The notes beneath the pieces were generated by a model that saw nothing but the letters and a program-made list of their open reading frames with translations, was not told the DNA's origin and ran no database searches. From Glaucostegus cemiculus (Eukaryota): a stretch of DNA of 64,000 nt. The stretch spans positions 18,228,001-18,292,000 of the forward strand of contig CDPCPM010000029.1 of the NCBI GenBank assembly GCA_976551045.1, given 5' to 3'. The position numbers and the translations under genes are program-made. Shown here one piece after another: positions 52,336-64,000 of the stretch (the first letter of the stretch is position 1; every line of letters starts with the position of its first letter).

Positions 52336-52689
52336 ACCCATCGCTGCTGTGTGCACCCAAGGAAAATGGTATTCCACAAAATTAAGGCCACATTGATTGA
52401 GAAATCAACAATCAAAATGTGTATCTTAGTAGACCAGGATGTTAATTTGAAATACCTCAACCTGTTTCTGCTGAGGCAGAGTAAATGCTATTGGACACCA
52501 AATACAGGAGAGACTCTTTGAGTTATGAGGAAGGCAAACTGAATGCTTGTGGAGACACATAGGGCCAGTTACCTTGCAGGGTAGAGGACATGAGCATGCA
52601 CCAGCAATAGTAGGTATGGATTGGTTGGAGGGTCTGTGCATCTGAAAGGATCATCATGTTGGGAAATGAAGAGGCAATTTGCCTTTTAT

Positions 52690-53620
52690 CATTCATTTTT
52701 CAGGCTATGGGCATTGATGATAAAGCCAGCATTTATTGCTTATTCATAATTGCCCCTGAAAAAAGTGGTGTTGACTTGGCATTTTGAACTTCTGGATCAT
52801 TCTGGTGAAGATACATTGCAGTTTTATTATGTTGAGTTTCCAGGATTTAGACCCGGTGCCGAACTAAAATACCTTAACATTACGTCGGACTACTTTTTCT
52901 CTTTCTCAGTCTTGCACTAGTATTGTTGTTTATTTTTGCACATATATAATTTATGTTAATTTAAATTCATGTTAACTTATGTCTGCCATCGTCTTGTTAT
53001 GTACCGTGCTGTTGCTGCAAAAAGCTAACTTTCATGGCACTTATACCCTGAGTTTGTATGCCTGTGACAACAATAACCATGAACTTGAAGGAAAAGTGAT
53101 ATACTTCCATATCAGATAGTGTCAGTCTTGGAAGGGAACCTGACTTAGATGATCCTATCCACCTGCTTGGTACTTCAGTTGCATGAATATTGCTTACCAA
53201 TTATCAACCCATGCATAAATGTTGTCAAGTTCTGTTGCATGCACATGTGGACTGCATTTTGTGAGGAGCTGCTAATGGAACCGAACGTTATGTAAGCATC
53301 AACAAACATGTCATCTGACTTTACAATGAAACAAAGGTTGTTGATTAATCAGCTGAAAATGATTGGGTCTAAGACACACAGCCCTGAGAAATTCCTGCAG
53401 CAATCTGCTGGGACAGGGATGATTAACTTGAAGAACCACAGCCATCTTCCATTGTGTGAGGTGTGATTCTAGCCAATAGGGAGTATTCCCTTCACCGTGC
53501 GATGACTTCAGTTTTACCAGGTCTCCTTAATGGTACGTTTGGTCAAGCACTGCCTTGATATCAAGGACAGTCACTCCAAACTCACCTCTGGACTTCAGCT
53601 CTTTTGACCACATTTTGTCA
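52690..53620 (-). mobile_element. Old CR1-group LINE RT/3' fragments, with a Rex-like 3' tail insert (about 52860-53090)
   Basis: WSKELKSRGEFGVTVLDIKAVLDQ...WLESHLTQWKMAVV on the minus strand, same family as 10560-11510. Confidence 0.65.
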
Positions 53621-56319
53621 AATTAACTGATCACATTCTGTCAGCAGTTCTATTTTAAAATATTATTGTGATATTTATTTTCCATATGGTTAGCCAAACA
53701 ACTCAATATGCCTCTTACAAAAGTAATTTTATTGACCTTTTTCAGAAGTGTGTTTGTTCCATTACTTACAGTTCCTGAATGAAACTTTTCAAAGACATGA
53801 CAGACAGATTTTCCACTGCATCTTTTACTTGAAGAGGTCCTAATATCGCTGTCAAAAATCATTTTATACCTAAAATAGCCATAAGTGTATCTCTGAGCTC
53901 AGATAAATTACTTTTGATACCAAAACAACCTCCAAGAAATCAACACCCCATATCTGGACTGTGTAGAGACTGGATTGTGTAAGTCAGACAATATGTGCCT
54001 CTCTGTGCTGACTTTAACAACGTGAAAGGAAATGTTTGTAGAAGTGTAGGGCTGCAGTCATTCAAGAAGGCCACTCAGCACCATCTTCTCAAGGACAAAT
54101 TGGGATAATGTCCATGCCAATAATGCCCAAACACCACGACCAATTGAAAGAAAGCCAGAAGAAATCAATCAGCATCTAGATGATAGCTAGTTTTATAGCA
54201 CTGATGGGAGGTCCTGCCTGTTGCTGACTGGATGTTTAACTATGCCAACTTAAGAGGTAGCATTAGCTGAAGCATTGCAGTTCATATTGGCAGGCCTGTC
54301 AACAACTCAGCTTTGCATGTTGCTCTTCATACTTCTGCCTGGTGTTCACTGAGTGTGTTTTAATATCTTCTTAAAGAAAAATGTCTGGCACAATTTGCCC
54401 AGCAAATGTCCGAGTACACCATGATTGTCATTTTAAAGTTCCAAGGACACTCAAAGCAAAGAAAGGGTCACTACCTAGCCCGCCTTCACACTGTGTAATA
54501 TTTTGGTGTCATATTAAATAATGTTCATTGTGGGAATGGTTCACTTTGAGCTCTACTTATATTTCTCAGCCATTCCTTGAATGTCTTTCCCTCTGTAGGT
54601 CAGATATCTGCACAGATTGCTTGCACCATTGGGGTTTCACTGTTTGCTTCCATCTCAGCAGTACAATACTTATTAGCGTTGAAATGTCCTGAGCTTGCAC
54701 TTGAACATGTGGTCATGCTGTTTGCTGTGATTTTTACATAAAAAATCTTATTATCAACAAACACACTTTTAAAACAATATGAAATGAAATATATCAAATC
54801 TGTTTGGACAGTATGGCTATGTATAATCTCTGTTGTGTCATTCTACTTTGCCGTTGCAAAGTTTTCATTTAACAATTCACTGGTATGTACGTAATGTTCC
54901 TCTGCTAGTCTGGTAAATTCCCACTGAAGTAAAAGAAATGCCTACTTCCTTATTATATTCTTTATTGAGCAATAAACCTTAACTGGGTGAAACCCCACTC
55001 TGGTAAGGAATTCACCAATTCCTGGTATAGCTTTAATAAAATAAAGGTTGTTTCTTTTACTCTTAAAGGTCATTTTTCAATAAAGTTCTGTCAACATTTA
55101 GCTTGGATGCAGTACTTTGAAAAAGAAATTGCAAGACTTCTCTTACTGTAGGCATATTCCAGATTCCCTGATTTGTAGAAACAAAGGCTTAGGTAGAAAT
55201 GGTCCCAGAAGTAGCTAGGCTTGTCAGTGTTCTAAAAAATAAGACTTTAGGGACCCTTGTTCATATGTTGTCAGTTAATAAGAGATATCACATTCAAACT
55301 ATAACTGTTACATCTGCAAAACAAAATAGTGAGCTGCTCTACACTGAGTAACTAGGGAATTCATTCCAGTTCACTTCAGCCAAGAGAGTGCTGCAATTGC
55401 CAATTCAAACTGACAGGATGTGCCAAAAGAGAAATTAACTGAACTAAACTGAGCCTGTTTGACCATGATGTTTCCTGTCACTAACTTTCATATGGCATAC
55501 TGACAGAAATAATACATTGTTTTCAATCGAGAGTTTTTAATTGTTTTTCAAAAGCAGTAACCATTCTTTCACTCAATGGGGATAATTCCACTGCGCTGCA
55601 AAGGTGTAAAGGACTGCTCTCTGATGAAAGTTCACTTGAATGCTGCAGCTATCTCAAAGCAATAAAGTATCATTAATGCAATGATTTGTTGTTGAATTTG
55701 CCACAATCAGCGCTTTCTATCTCTGTGTTGCTGAAATTCTGCAGGTTTTTATTTTGTGTTAATCTACTGCTTCTCACTGCAAAATGAACCTCAAATGAAC
55801 CATTCAATGAAATTTAATTCTTTCCTCCTCCTCAGAATACTATCACATGTTTCAACTAAATTACTGGAAATATGAGGAAACTGGGCATAAAGCTGTCAGG
55901 TCAACTGGAGCTCTACCCGATCAGATCAGAAGTCCTGCATAAGCTGCATTTTGGACAGGCTCAACTTAGTTCCTAGGGGACCACAGCACAAAATTGGCAT
56001 TAATTAGTACTGTGTTAGTAATCTTACTCAAAATGGCCTTGGGACAGCTGATGTGGGAAATGGAAAATATCACACTAAAGCAATAAGGGGTGACCCTCCC
56101 TGGTAAGTCCAAATCATCTGTACTGCACATTGCAGCTGGCTGTACTATAATTTACCTGGAAATCTTTGAACCTAACTTCTGGAAAACTAAAATGGAACAT
56201 AATTCATTTCTCCAGCAGCAGTGCAAAAGAAGAAATGTTATTTTTCAGTGTTTCGATGTAACTATACTTGAGGTTATATTAAAATCACTGTAAGTGACAA
56301 AAAACATAACTCCAAAAAG

Positions 56320-56630
56320 CAAGAAAGGCTTGCATTAATACAATACCTTCCCAGTCTCAGGTCATCCCAAAGCATATTGCAGCCAATGAAGTACTTTCAC
56401 AGTGTAGTTACTGCCATAATATAGGGAATGCAGTCATCAATTCACACACAACCTTCTCCCACAAACAGGAATGAAGTAATCACCAGATAATTTCCTCCAG
56501 TCATGTGGATTGAGGAAAAAATATTGGCCAAAGCAAGAGGGCTAACACTCCTGATCACCTCTGGAATAGTGCTGTGGGATCTTTTAGTTCCCCAGAATGG
56601 AAAGATAAGGCTTAGTTTTAATTTCTTATC
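56320..56630 (-). mobile_element. Deu-type SINE (SacSINE1-like), 3' two-thirds
   Basis: cttgcattaatacaatacc...catcccaaagcatattgcagccaatgaagtactt...tcccacaaacaggaatgaagtaatcaccagataat...aatattggccaaagc...aatagtgctgtgggatctttt. Confidence 0.65.
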
Positions 56631-56731
56631 CAATAGGCAGTTAGCAAAATGTAAGTCATTCTGACACCCACTATCTTGTAAGTAGCTGCTTGCTGGTGTG
56701 CAAACTGTAAAGCCAGTAGCTCAGAGGAAAT

Positions 56732-56980
56732 AGAGCAACACACAAAACGCTGGAGGAACTTAGCAGATCAGGCAGCATCTATGGAGGGAAATGAACAGTC
56801 GATGTTTTGGGCTGAGACCCTTCATCTGGATTGCAATCCATCTCCAATCCGTTTGAAAGGTCTCAACCTGAATCATTGACTGTCCATTTCCCTCCATAGA
56901 TGCTGCCTGATATGCTGAGTTCCTTCAGCATTTTTGTGTTGCTCTAGATTCCAGCATCTACAATCTCTTGCATCTCACAT
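56732..56980. mobile_element. Fold-back PLE-derived element with arms of about 100 bp
   Basis: 56732-56833 is the imperfect reverse complement of 56845-56945; a 35-bp tail follows; degenerate TSD tcagaggaaat (56721-56731) / tcacaggaagt (56981-56991). Confidence 0.85.
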
Positions 56981-58049
56981 TCACAGGAAGTGCCAGATTG
57001 CCATGTCATGTACAGCAAATATGATTAGTAAAATGGAGGCTATATAAGCAGTTTAATACTTGCTGATTTCTTTGGTAATGTTTTTATTTTGCATTAATCA
57101 GTTACAAAATGTGATATGTTTGCATTGCTTCAAATCTGGCCTTCAAATTGAATTTCCAGACTGCCAAGGATTCTTTGCTTAGGTGCTTAGACGTTGAGGT
57201 GTTTCACCAATGGGAGGGTTCTGAATGAGGGAACATAGTTTCAAGAAAGGGAAGGTCTTTTAAAACTGTGTATGTAGATACTTATTCTTGCAGAGGGTAG
57301 TAGGAATTAACTACACAGGCTGCCTACTCCTGCTCCTGTTTTCTTCTTTTCTTTTTCTTTGTCACATCCAAGATCCATGAAAGAATGTACTGTAAGAAAT
57401 CTTTTCTGTGTTCTCTTTTTTATCACCTCTTCCTATTGTACTAAAGTCTAGGAAATGACTCAGTTTTCTGCAGAATTTCCAGACCTTTTGGTTATTTTCA
57501 CTTTTACATAAATGGTCTACTTCCAGGAGAATGAAAACACGTCACCATTAGAAAGCTCAGGGCTCTGATTTCAATTCATCCTCTCCCAATCCAAAGTACT
57601 CAGACCTGTTCCAATGACTCTCTGATATTAGATTCCTACAAAACCTGGAAGATCTAACTCCACCCACAGTGTCCTCTTCACATTGATGCGATCTAAGGCC
57701 AAGCACAGTGTGTGTTGGGCCTAGCCATCTTTGTTTGGGGGCATAGAAATGCACCAGGGGTGGAGCAGCCCATCTCAGGAATGCTGGGGGTCTATGCTAG
57801 GAACAGTCTGGTGTTCCAATTACCAGCATCAATGGATCTTTAACGTTTCTATATAATATGTTTGATCATATTTAGGTGGATGTATTCTATCTCTTTCAAC
57901 AAATGTAGAGCCCCTGCCCACTCTACTAATGGATTTAAAGCAAAGAAAGTGAAATAGAGAATGCGACCCTCTGAAAGAGGCTCAATAACTAAAATTGGAC
58001 CATGACAGGAAAGCTGGCATCTGAATCCCTTTTAACTAAGACAGGTAAT

Positions 58050-59405
58050 AACTAGCAATCATGAACGTCATGAAGTGCTTGGAGAGGCTGGTCATGGCAC
58101 GCATCAACTCCAGTCTCTCAGATTACTGCACCCCACTGGAATTCACCTACCACCAAAACAGGTTTACGGCGAATGCCATCTCCCTGGCCTTACATTCATT
58201 TCTGAAGCATCTGGACAGTAAAGGCACCCATGTTAGACTATTGTTTATTGACTACAACTCCTCCGTCAATACCATAATTCCTAGCAAACGTCACCAAACT
58301 TCAAGACCTGGGACTCAACAGCTCCCTTTACAACTTGATCCTTGACTTACTGACCAACAGACCGCAATTAGTGAGGCCAGGCAGCAATACCTCCGCTAAA
58401 ATTATTCTCAACACTGGTGCCCCACAAGGCTACATCTTCAGCCCCCTACTCTACTCCTTATACACCCACAACTGCGTGGCCAGAACCTGCTCAAACTCCA
58501 TCTATAATTTTGCAGATGATACCACAGTAGTGGGCCGAATCTCAAGTAACAATGAGTCAGAGTACTGGAAGGAGAGCCTAGTGACATGGTATCAGTGACA
58601 ACAACCTTTCATTCAATGTCAGCAAAATGAAAGAGCTGGTCATTGACTTCAGGAAGTGGGGAAATGTACATGCTCCTGTTTACATCAATGGTGCTGAGAT
58701 CAAGAAGATTGAGAGCTTCAAGTTCCCAGAAGTGAATATCACCAATTGCCTGTCCTGGTTCAACCACATAGATGCCATGGCCAAGAAAGCTCACCAGTGC
58801 TTCTACTTCCTCGGGAGGCTAGAGAAATTTGGCATGTCCTCTTTGGCCCTCCAATATTTTCCAATGCACCATAGAAAGTACCCTATCCAGATGCATCATG
58901 GCTTGGTATGGCAACTGCTCTGCCCGTGACTTCAGGAAACTGCAGAGAGTTGTGGACACAGCTCAGCACATCATGGAAACTAACCTCCCCACCATGGACT
59001 CTGTCTACACTTCTCGCTGCCTCGGTAAAGCAGCCAACATAATCAAAGACCCCACCCATCCTAGACCATCTCTCTTCTCCCCACTCCCATCAGGCAGAAG
59101 ATACAAAAGCCTGAAAGCATGTACCACCAGGCTCAAGGACAGCTTCTATCCCACTGTTATAAGACTATTGAATGGTCCCCTAGTACATTAAGACCTTACA
59201 ATCTACCTCATTATGGCTTTGCACCTTATTAGCTGCCTGCACTGCACTTTCTCTGTAACTATAACACTTTATTCTGCATTCTGTTATTGTGTTCCCTTGT
59301 ACTATCTCATTGCACTGTTGTAACGAAATGATCCATATGGATGTCATGCAAAACAGTTTTTCACTGTACCTCGGGTTTTGTGACACTAATAAACCAATTT
59401 ACCAA
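58050..59405 (+). mobile_element. Rex1/Babar LINE RT and 3' end, frameshifted
   Basis: VMKCLERLVMARINSSL...VRLLFIDYNSSVNTIIPSK; LNTGAPQG.IFSPLLYSLYTHNC...NFADDTTVVG; KELVIDFRK; GRRYKSLKACTTRLKDSFYP; tail gtgacactaataaaccaatttacc. Confidence 0.92.
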
Positions 59406-60419
59406 TAGAATTACATGATTAACAAACAGCTGTAGTTTTATTTACATATGGTAGATGCATTAGTGTCTTGTTACTGCAATTGAGCAGCAGGTAGTGATTG
59501 ATTTAGAGTCAATCTATGCAACTGGAATTATGAAGTTTCCAGTCTTTGCCACTAATTTTGACAGACCCATGTCAATGGCATTCAGTAAAGTTGAGCTGTG
59601 CCTAGGTGGTGGGTGTATTATTGCTGTCTCAGACCAACTGCCTTTATTCATTATACAAGAGAGAAAGCAAATGTTACTTGAGAAACTTTGATGCGCAGTT
59701 ACTGCAGTATCAGAATCACCACTGACTTTGGCAGGTAAAGGGTGTCTCCAAAGTGATAATATTGTAAAGCTCAAAGCTTATTACTTTCAATATTCAGCAG
59801 AGGGCACCAAAGGATGGAAAATAATCTCATACCAATGTCAAAATAAATGTCAGACTGAATTCTCTGTTGATAAAATAAGACTAAGGGCCAAGAATTTATT
59901 AAGAGTACAGCATCTGCCTGGTGGACTTTGCACTGTAGATTTTCTTACCTAGACATTGGATCACATAGCTCTGTGTTTTTCAATCCTATGCAATTGAGTT
60001 GTGAAGTTCAAATGGGCACTCCTGGTTATAGTGGGCACAGGCACAGTCAATGTTTGCAACATGGGATGTATAGAAAGTGATATCAGCTGTTTGGAGTATT
60101 GGCAGCTGAAAATGGATCATGATGTTCTGCTTCATGCACATTTCTCCATTCACTGTCGTTTAAGGGGCTTCTTGGCCACTTGGCACTTACTCCTACAGAA
60201 TTCGCAGTGAACATTGCAGTCTGCACGGCCCCTTGGGAAGGCATTACAACCTGACAGACTGACTTCTGGACTGGTGCACTTCCATTTCTAGAAGAGAGAA
60301 TGGTAGGGGTGGGTGGGGTCTTTGATTATGGTGTTCAGGGATACCACTATCACTAGTGGCTTTTCATCTTCAAGTTTCAATCCTTTACAGTAATAGATGG
60401 AACAGCATGGTGGATAATT

Positions 60420-60563
60420 AAGGCATGATAGTATAGCGGTAATCGTAACACTATTAAAGTGTCAGTGACCCAGGTTCAATTCTGGGTGCTGTCTGTGAGG
60501 AGTTCTCCCTATGACTGCATGGGTTTCTAAGATATCTAATCTAATCTAATCTAATCTAATCTA
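60420..60563 (+). mobile_element. Internally deleted V-SINE with (ATCTA)n tail
   Basis: Head ggcatgatagtatagcggtaatcgtaacactatt...cccaggttcaattc and partial core, then (atcta)6. Confidence 0.7.
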
Positions 60564-61362
60564 AATATATCTATAATTTTAAAAATCTTGCATCCTTTGG
60601 AAAAATAAATCTTACATTTAAGCCAATGTGTGACTCCAGACCCACAGTCATTTGGTTGGCTCTTATCTGCCATCTGAATTGCTTTGTTAAAGTTAGTCAA
60701 TTCCAACCCGATTAGAAGAGACACTTGCATCCTGTAAATGAATTTTAAAAATTTGTCATTAACTGAAGTAGAGAACTCGTTCCAAGAAAAGATGATGCTT
60801 TCTCCATTGCTCTGTTACTGCCACCAGCTACCCGAGGAATAATGCTCTTCCCTTGTTGCATCTACTGAGACTCTGTAATGATAAAGACCAAACAAAGAGC
60901 ATGGCGATAGGGATGTGCAGAGGTACACAAAGAGAACTTCATTTGTATGAGGAGAGGAGCTTTGGTAAAGGTCCTGTGGATACATGCATACCTTCTGTAC
61001 TCATGCTATCCTTATCTCCAGTAGAAATAATGGCCATGCTATCCAGTGCCCATAAGGCAGACTATCCCCTCCAGCCAGGTGAGACTTCAGATTGACGGGA
61101 CAGGTACCTGTTACAGGCCACGTTATCCAAAAGGGTAAGTTAATATCTGAGTGCTACAGAGACATGAGGACCATAGAGTGTGTGTGATGTGTGCTTGGGG
61201 TTGCCTGAGTTGCTGAGAAGAGATATGGCATTGAGGTGTAAGGAGGCATTTGGAGGAACTGCTGTCATAACGGGATAGGTATCTATGTAAGTTGCAATGT
61301 CCCATGTGTGAGCAGTGTGGATGTATCTATTTCAAGGCTGCCTTTGTGAGCAGAATACTAAA

Positions 61363-61590
61363 CTTGACAGATCTAGTGAGATCATGGAATTTCTTCCTGC
61401 ACTATTCCCAGGATGATGGTTCAAATTAGTCTGGGCAGCAATCTCTACTTCCATGTCCTATCATCTCTTCGTAACTGCTCTGGGGGCCCTCATGATACCC
61501 TTATGTAGAGGTTATGCCATTCACTCAACCTTATCCACAGTGATGTGATGAGCTATGTCTCTAAACTGAGGCACACTTCATCCTCTGCAC
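61363..61590 (-). pseudogene. Harbinger Myb/SANT-like DNA-binding gene relic
   Basis: Minus strand: VPQFRDIAHHITVDKVE ... EIAAQTN ... SWE*CRKKFHDLTRSVK, matching the Myb/SANT-like 'PRFSD...' and 'QCRKKFNDL' motifs. Confidence 0.65.
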
Positions 61591-62959
61591 TGCTTCCCCT
61601 CTAGTCATTTCAAACGAGCAACGAGATGCCCACTTCCAGCAGTGTTGTGGCTTAGTGGAGAAGTTCTCTTTAACAGATGGAGCCCTGACACCATTCAACA
61701 CAAGAATGGGTCAGCTGGTTCAAGGTACTGAGCCCACTGATCATTGTAAACTTTGCATTAACAGGATGAAGAAACTATTGCACACTCAAAAACCGGCGTG
61801 GACATTGTCAGCGTGATCATGATTGAATACTAAATGCAACCTGCTTCAGCACAAGCATGCAGGAGCTAAGCATATTTAGGCACAATCCAATTTCCAGATG
61901 TGGATCCAAGGTTGCTGAGTTTTTGGGTTCTCCTCTATTAAGTACTTCTGGTGCATTCCAATGCAGCTAGTGTTGTTCATTGGGAGTGTAGATTCCTGAA
62001 GCCAAAGGGATTTCCTGAGTGGAAGCATATGCAAAGAATGGAGTTCCTTAAAATCCACCTGCCCTTCCAGACTTGAAGAAACCATCTCCCTGCTTTGTAT
62101 AATTTGGAACATGAACCATAAGCTAAGGAAAGAAAGCACCTTTGGAGAGCATCCCTCTCAGGTGCCTTTGGAAAGTGATGATATGAAGGATCGCCATTTC
62201 TTTTCATGATGCCACCATCCATGGCAAACAGTATCTATTGATGCCAGGGAAAGGCGGCAAGCAGTTCAATCTGATGGAGAGATGGCCGGGATTTCTACCA
62301 TGGGATGACCTGGCTGTCATGTGTGTTAGAAGCTCTACTGTTGAGATACTTGCTGTCAAAGAAACGAACGTACAAGGCAGCAGGTCTAGTGAAAGTAAAT
62401 GATAAATCATACAGGCCATCCACACTAACGTAGTGTCAGCCATAAAGAGTATTTCGATGCTCCAGAGATCATTCAGTTCTGCTTCTCATGCAACAATTCT
62501 GTTTATTTTTATCAGCACCATGGGGACAGGGCTAATGAGGTTTACCAGCAATTAATACTGGTGTCAGGTTTTTAAGAAACAGAAGGCAAGTTTTCAATGT
62601 CAGCCAAGCATTAAATTGGCAGCAATGGATTGGCTTCCCATTATATATCTGCCCTCATTTTCCTTTCTATTGACTGACCTCATTGCACATTTACTGAAGT
62701 TGAATTCAATCGCTTTGACTATTTTAAGAGCAGCTAAGCTTTCTTCAAAATTATATAATTATGTTCTTTCTATAGTTTGTAGCCCCTCCTCCCCATTCCT
62801 AGAAATGTAAGGATTAATCTCAGGTGTTGAGGCCTGTAACATGAGCTGGCAGGCACTCAGGAGCAGAACCATCAGACCAGTGGTGCAGCCAGCTCACTGA
62901 TGTTTCAATTATGGCACAGGCATGGAAAGCCTATTCATAGCTGCATAATAGCTTTCTTG

Positions 62960-63324
62960 AGCATTGAATACAAAATGCTGGTCAGGCAGCATCTCTGGAG
63001 GGAAATGAACTGTTGAATTTTCAGGCCGAGACCCTTCATTGGGACAGGAGCGGAGGAAGCCAGAAGCTAGAATAAAAGGGTAGGGGGAGGGGGAGGGGGA
63101 GGAGCACACACAGGCAGGGGATAGGTGAGTCCAGGTGAGGGGGGAAGGTAGATGTGTAGGGGAGGGGGAATGAAAGGGAATGATGTGAGAAGCTAGGAGG
63201 TGATAGGTGGAAGGGGCAAAGGGCTGAGAAGAAGGAATCCAATAGGAGAGGACAGTAAGTCATGGAATAAATTTTGTGTTCGTTGCTCCAGATTTCCAGC
63301 ATCTACAGTCTCTCTCATGTCTCC
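62960..63324 (-). mobile_element. PLE 3' terminal fragment with inverted short tail
   Basis: Similar to 38900-39210; ends with the + strand tail ttgctccagatttccagcatctacagtctctctcatgtctcc; degenerate TSD ataatagctttcttg (62945-62959) / atgacaactgtcttg (63325-63339). Confidence 0.8.
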
Positions 63325-64000
63325 ATGACAACTGTCTTGCTTTCTTTTTCCTGATCTACCTTTGTGAGTCAGTGTTTCTTTGCTATAATGCATTTGTGGG
63401 ATAAAGAAAGACTAAAAATGATTAGAAACCTATTAACCATGTTCATGAAAATGTACATTCTTTTTCATCTGGATTTATTGCTTAAAATAATGGGCACCCC
63501 TCTCAGAACATTATATGTTGAAGTTCTCTGGGGAGCAATGACTTACATTTCTTGTGTATTATCTGAGCTCTTTGCAAATACTCGCTGCCTCAAGGTGAAC
63601 AGGATTGATACTCTGGATGTATTAAACAGTTGCATATTCACCAGCTCCAAATCCAAACCATTACTGCCTTTACTTTGGGAGAACGCAGAAAAATTTCATG
63701 TCCTCAAATGCCTGAAATAGGGTTAGATCTCAAATGATGATGAAACTGGGCCAACTTGAATCTATTTTTGATGCATAAATTCTTTTCAAGTTTTTGCAAC
63801 CATTCACAAAGAAAGTCCCACCTGTAAGGAAATTGGATCAGGCGATTGGTGGTATCATTCACCTGAACACAGTTTAACTTGCCCATCACATTTCCCCCAT
63901 GTCATACCACTAACTGGTTCAAAGTTCTGTGGCTGACGCCATCATAATTAATTCAAGATAAAATGAGGAATATCACGCGTTCAACGTAGTGAACAATGCC

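Noticed and set aside
54599-54741. Plus-strand acceptor followed by a hydrophobic open frame (GQISAQIACTIGVSLF...)
   Set aside because: No homology recognised and no supporting upstream exon.
1-64000. CRISPR arrays, operons or other prokaryotic systems
   Set aside because: There is no regularly spaced repeat-spacer structure and no gene-dense coding; the sequence is vertebrate repeat-rich DNA.

Overview
This is AT-rich, CpG-depleted vertebrate genomic DNA. The repeat content points to a cartilaginous fish, probably a batoid (inference). That content includes CR1 and Rex1/Babar LINEs, V-domain SINEs, Deu-type SINEs, RTE, Penelope-like elements (PLEs), Harbinger relics and a Gypsy-type solo LTR. 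I could not identify any host protein-coding exon, so the window looks intergenic or like part of a large intron. The ORFs with recognisable homology are decayed transposon fragments. The most interesting structure is a family of PLE-derived short insertions, often fold-back in shape. Most carry a minimal type I hammerhead-ribozyme motif (by-eye consensus CAGTC-CTGATGA-AGGGTCTCGGCCC-GAAA-CGTC-GACTG), and several are flanked by 10-15 bp target-site duplications (TSDs). A 2.3 kb coding PLE with an inverted arm is also present. Other points of note are V-SINEs with two alternative LINE-derived tails, clean nested insertions, several Harbinger transposase/Myb relics and a few perfect hairpins. Family assignments come from recalled motif similarity, not database searches, and most boundaries are approximate.
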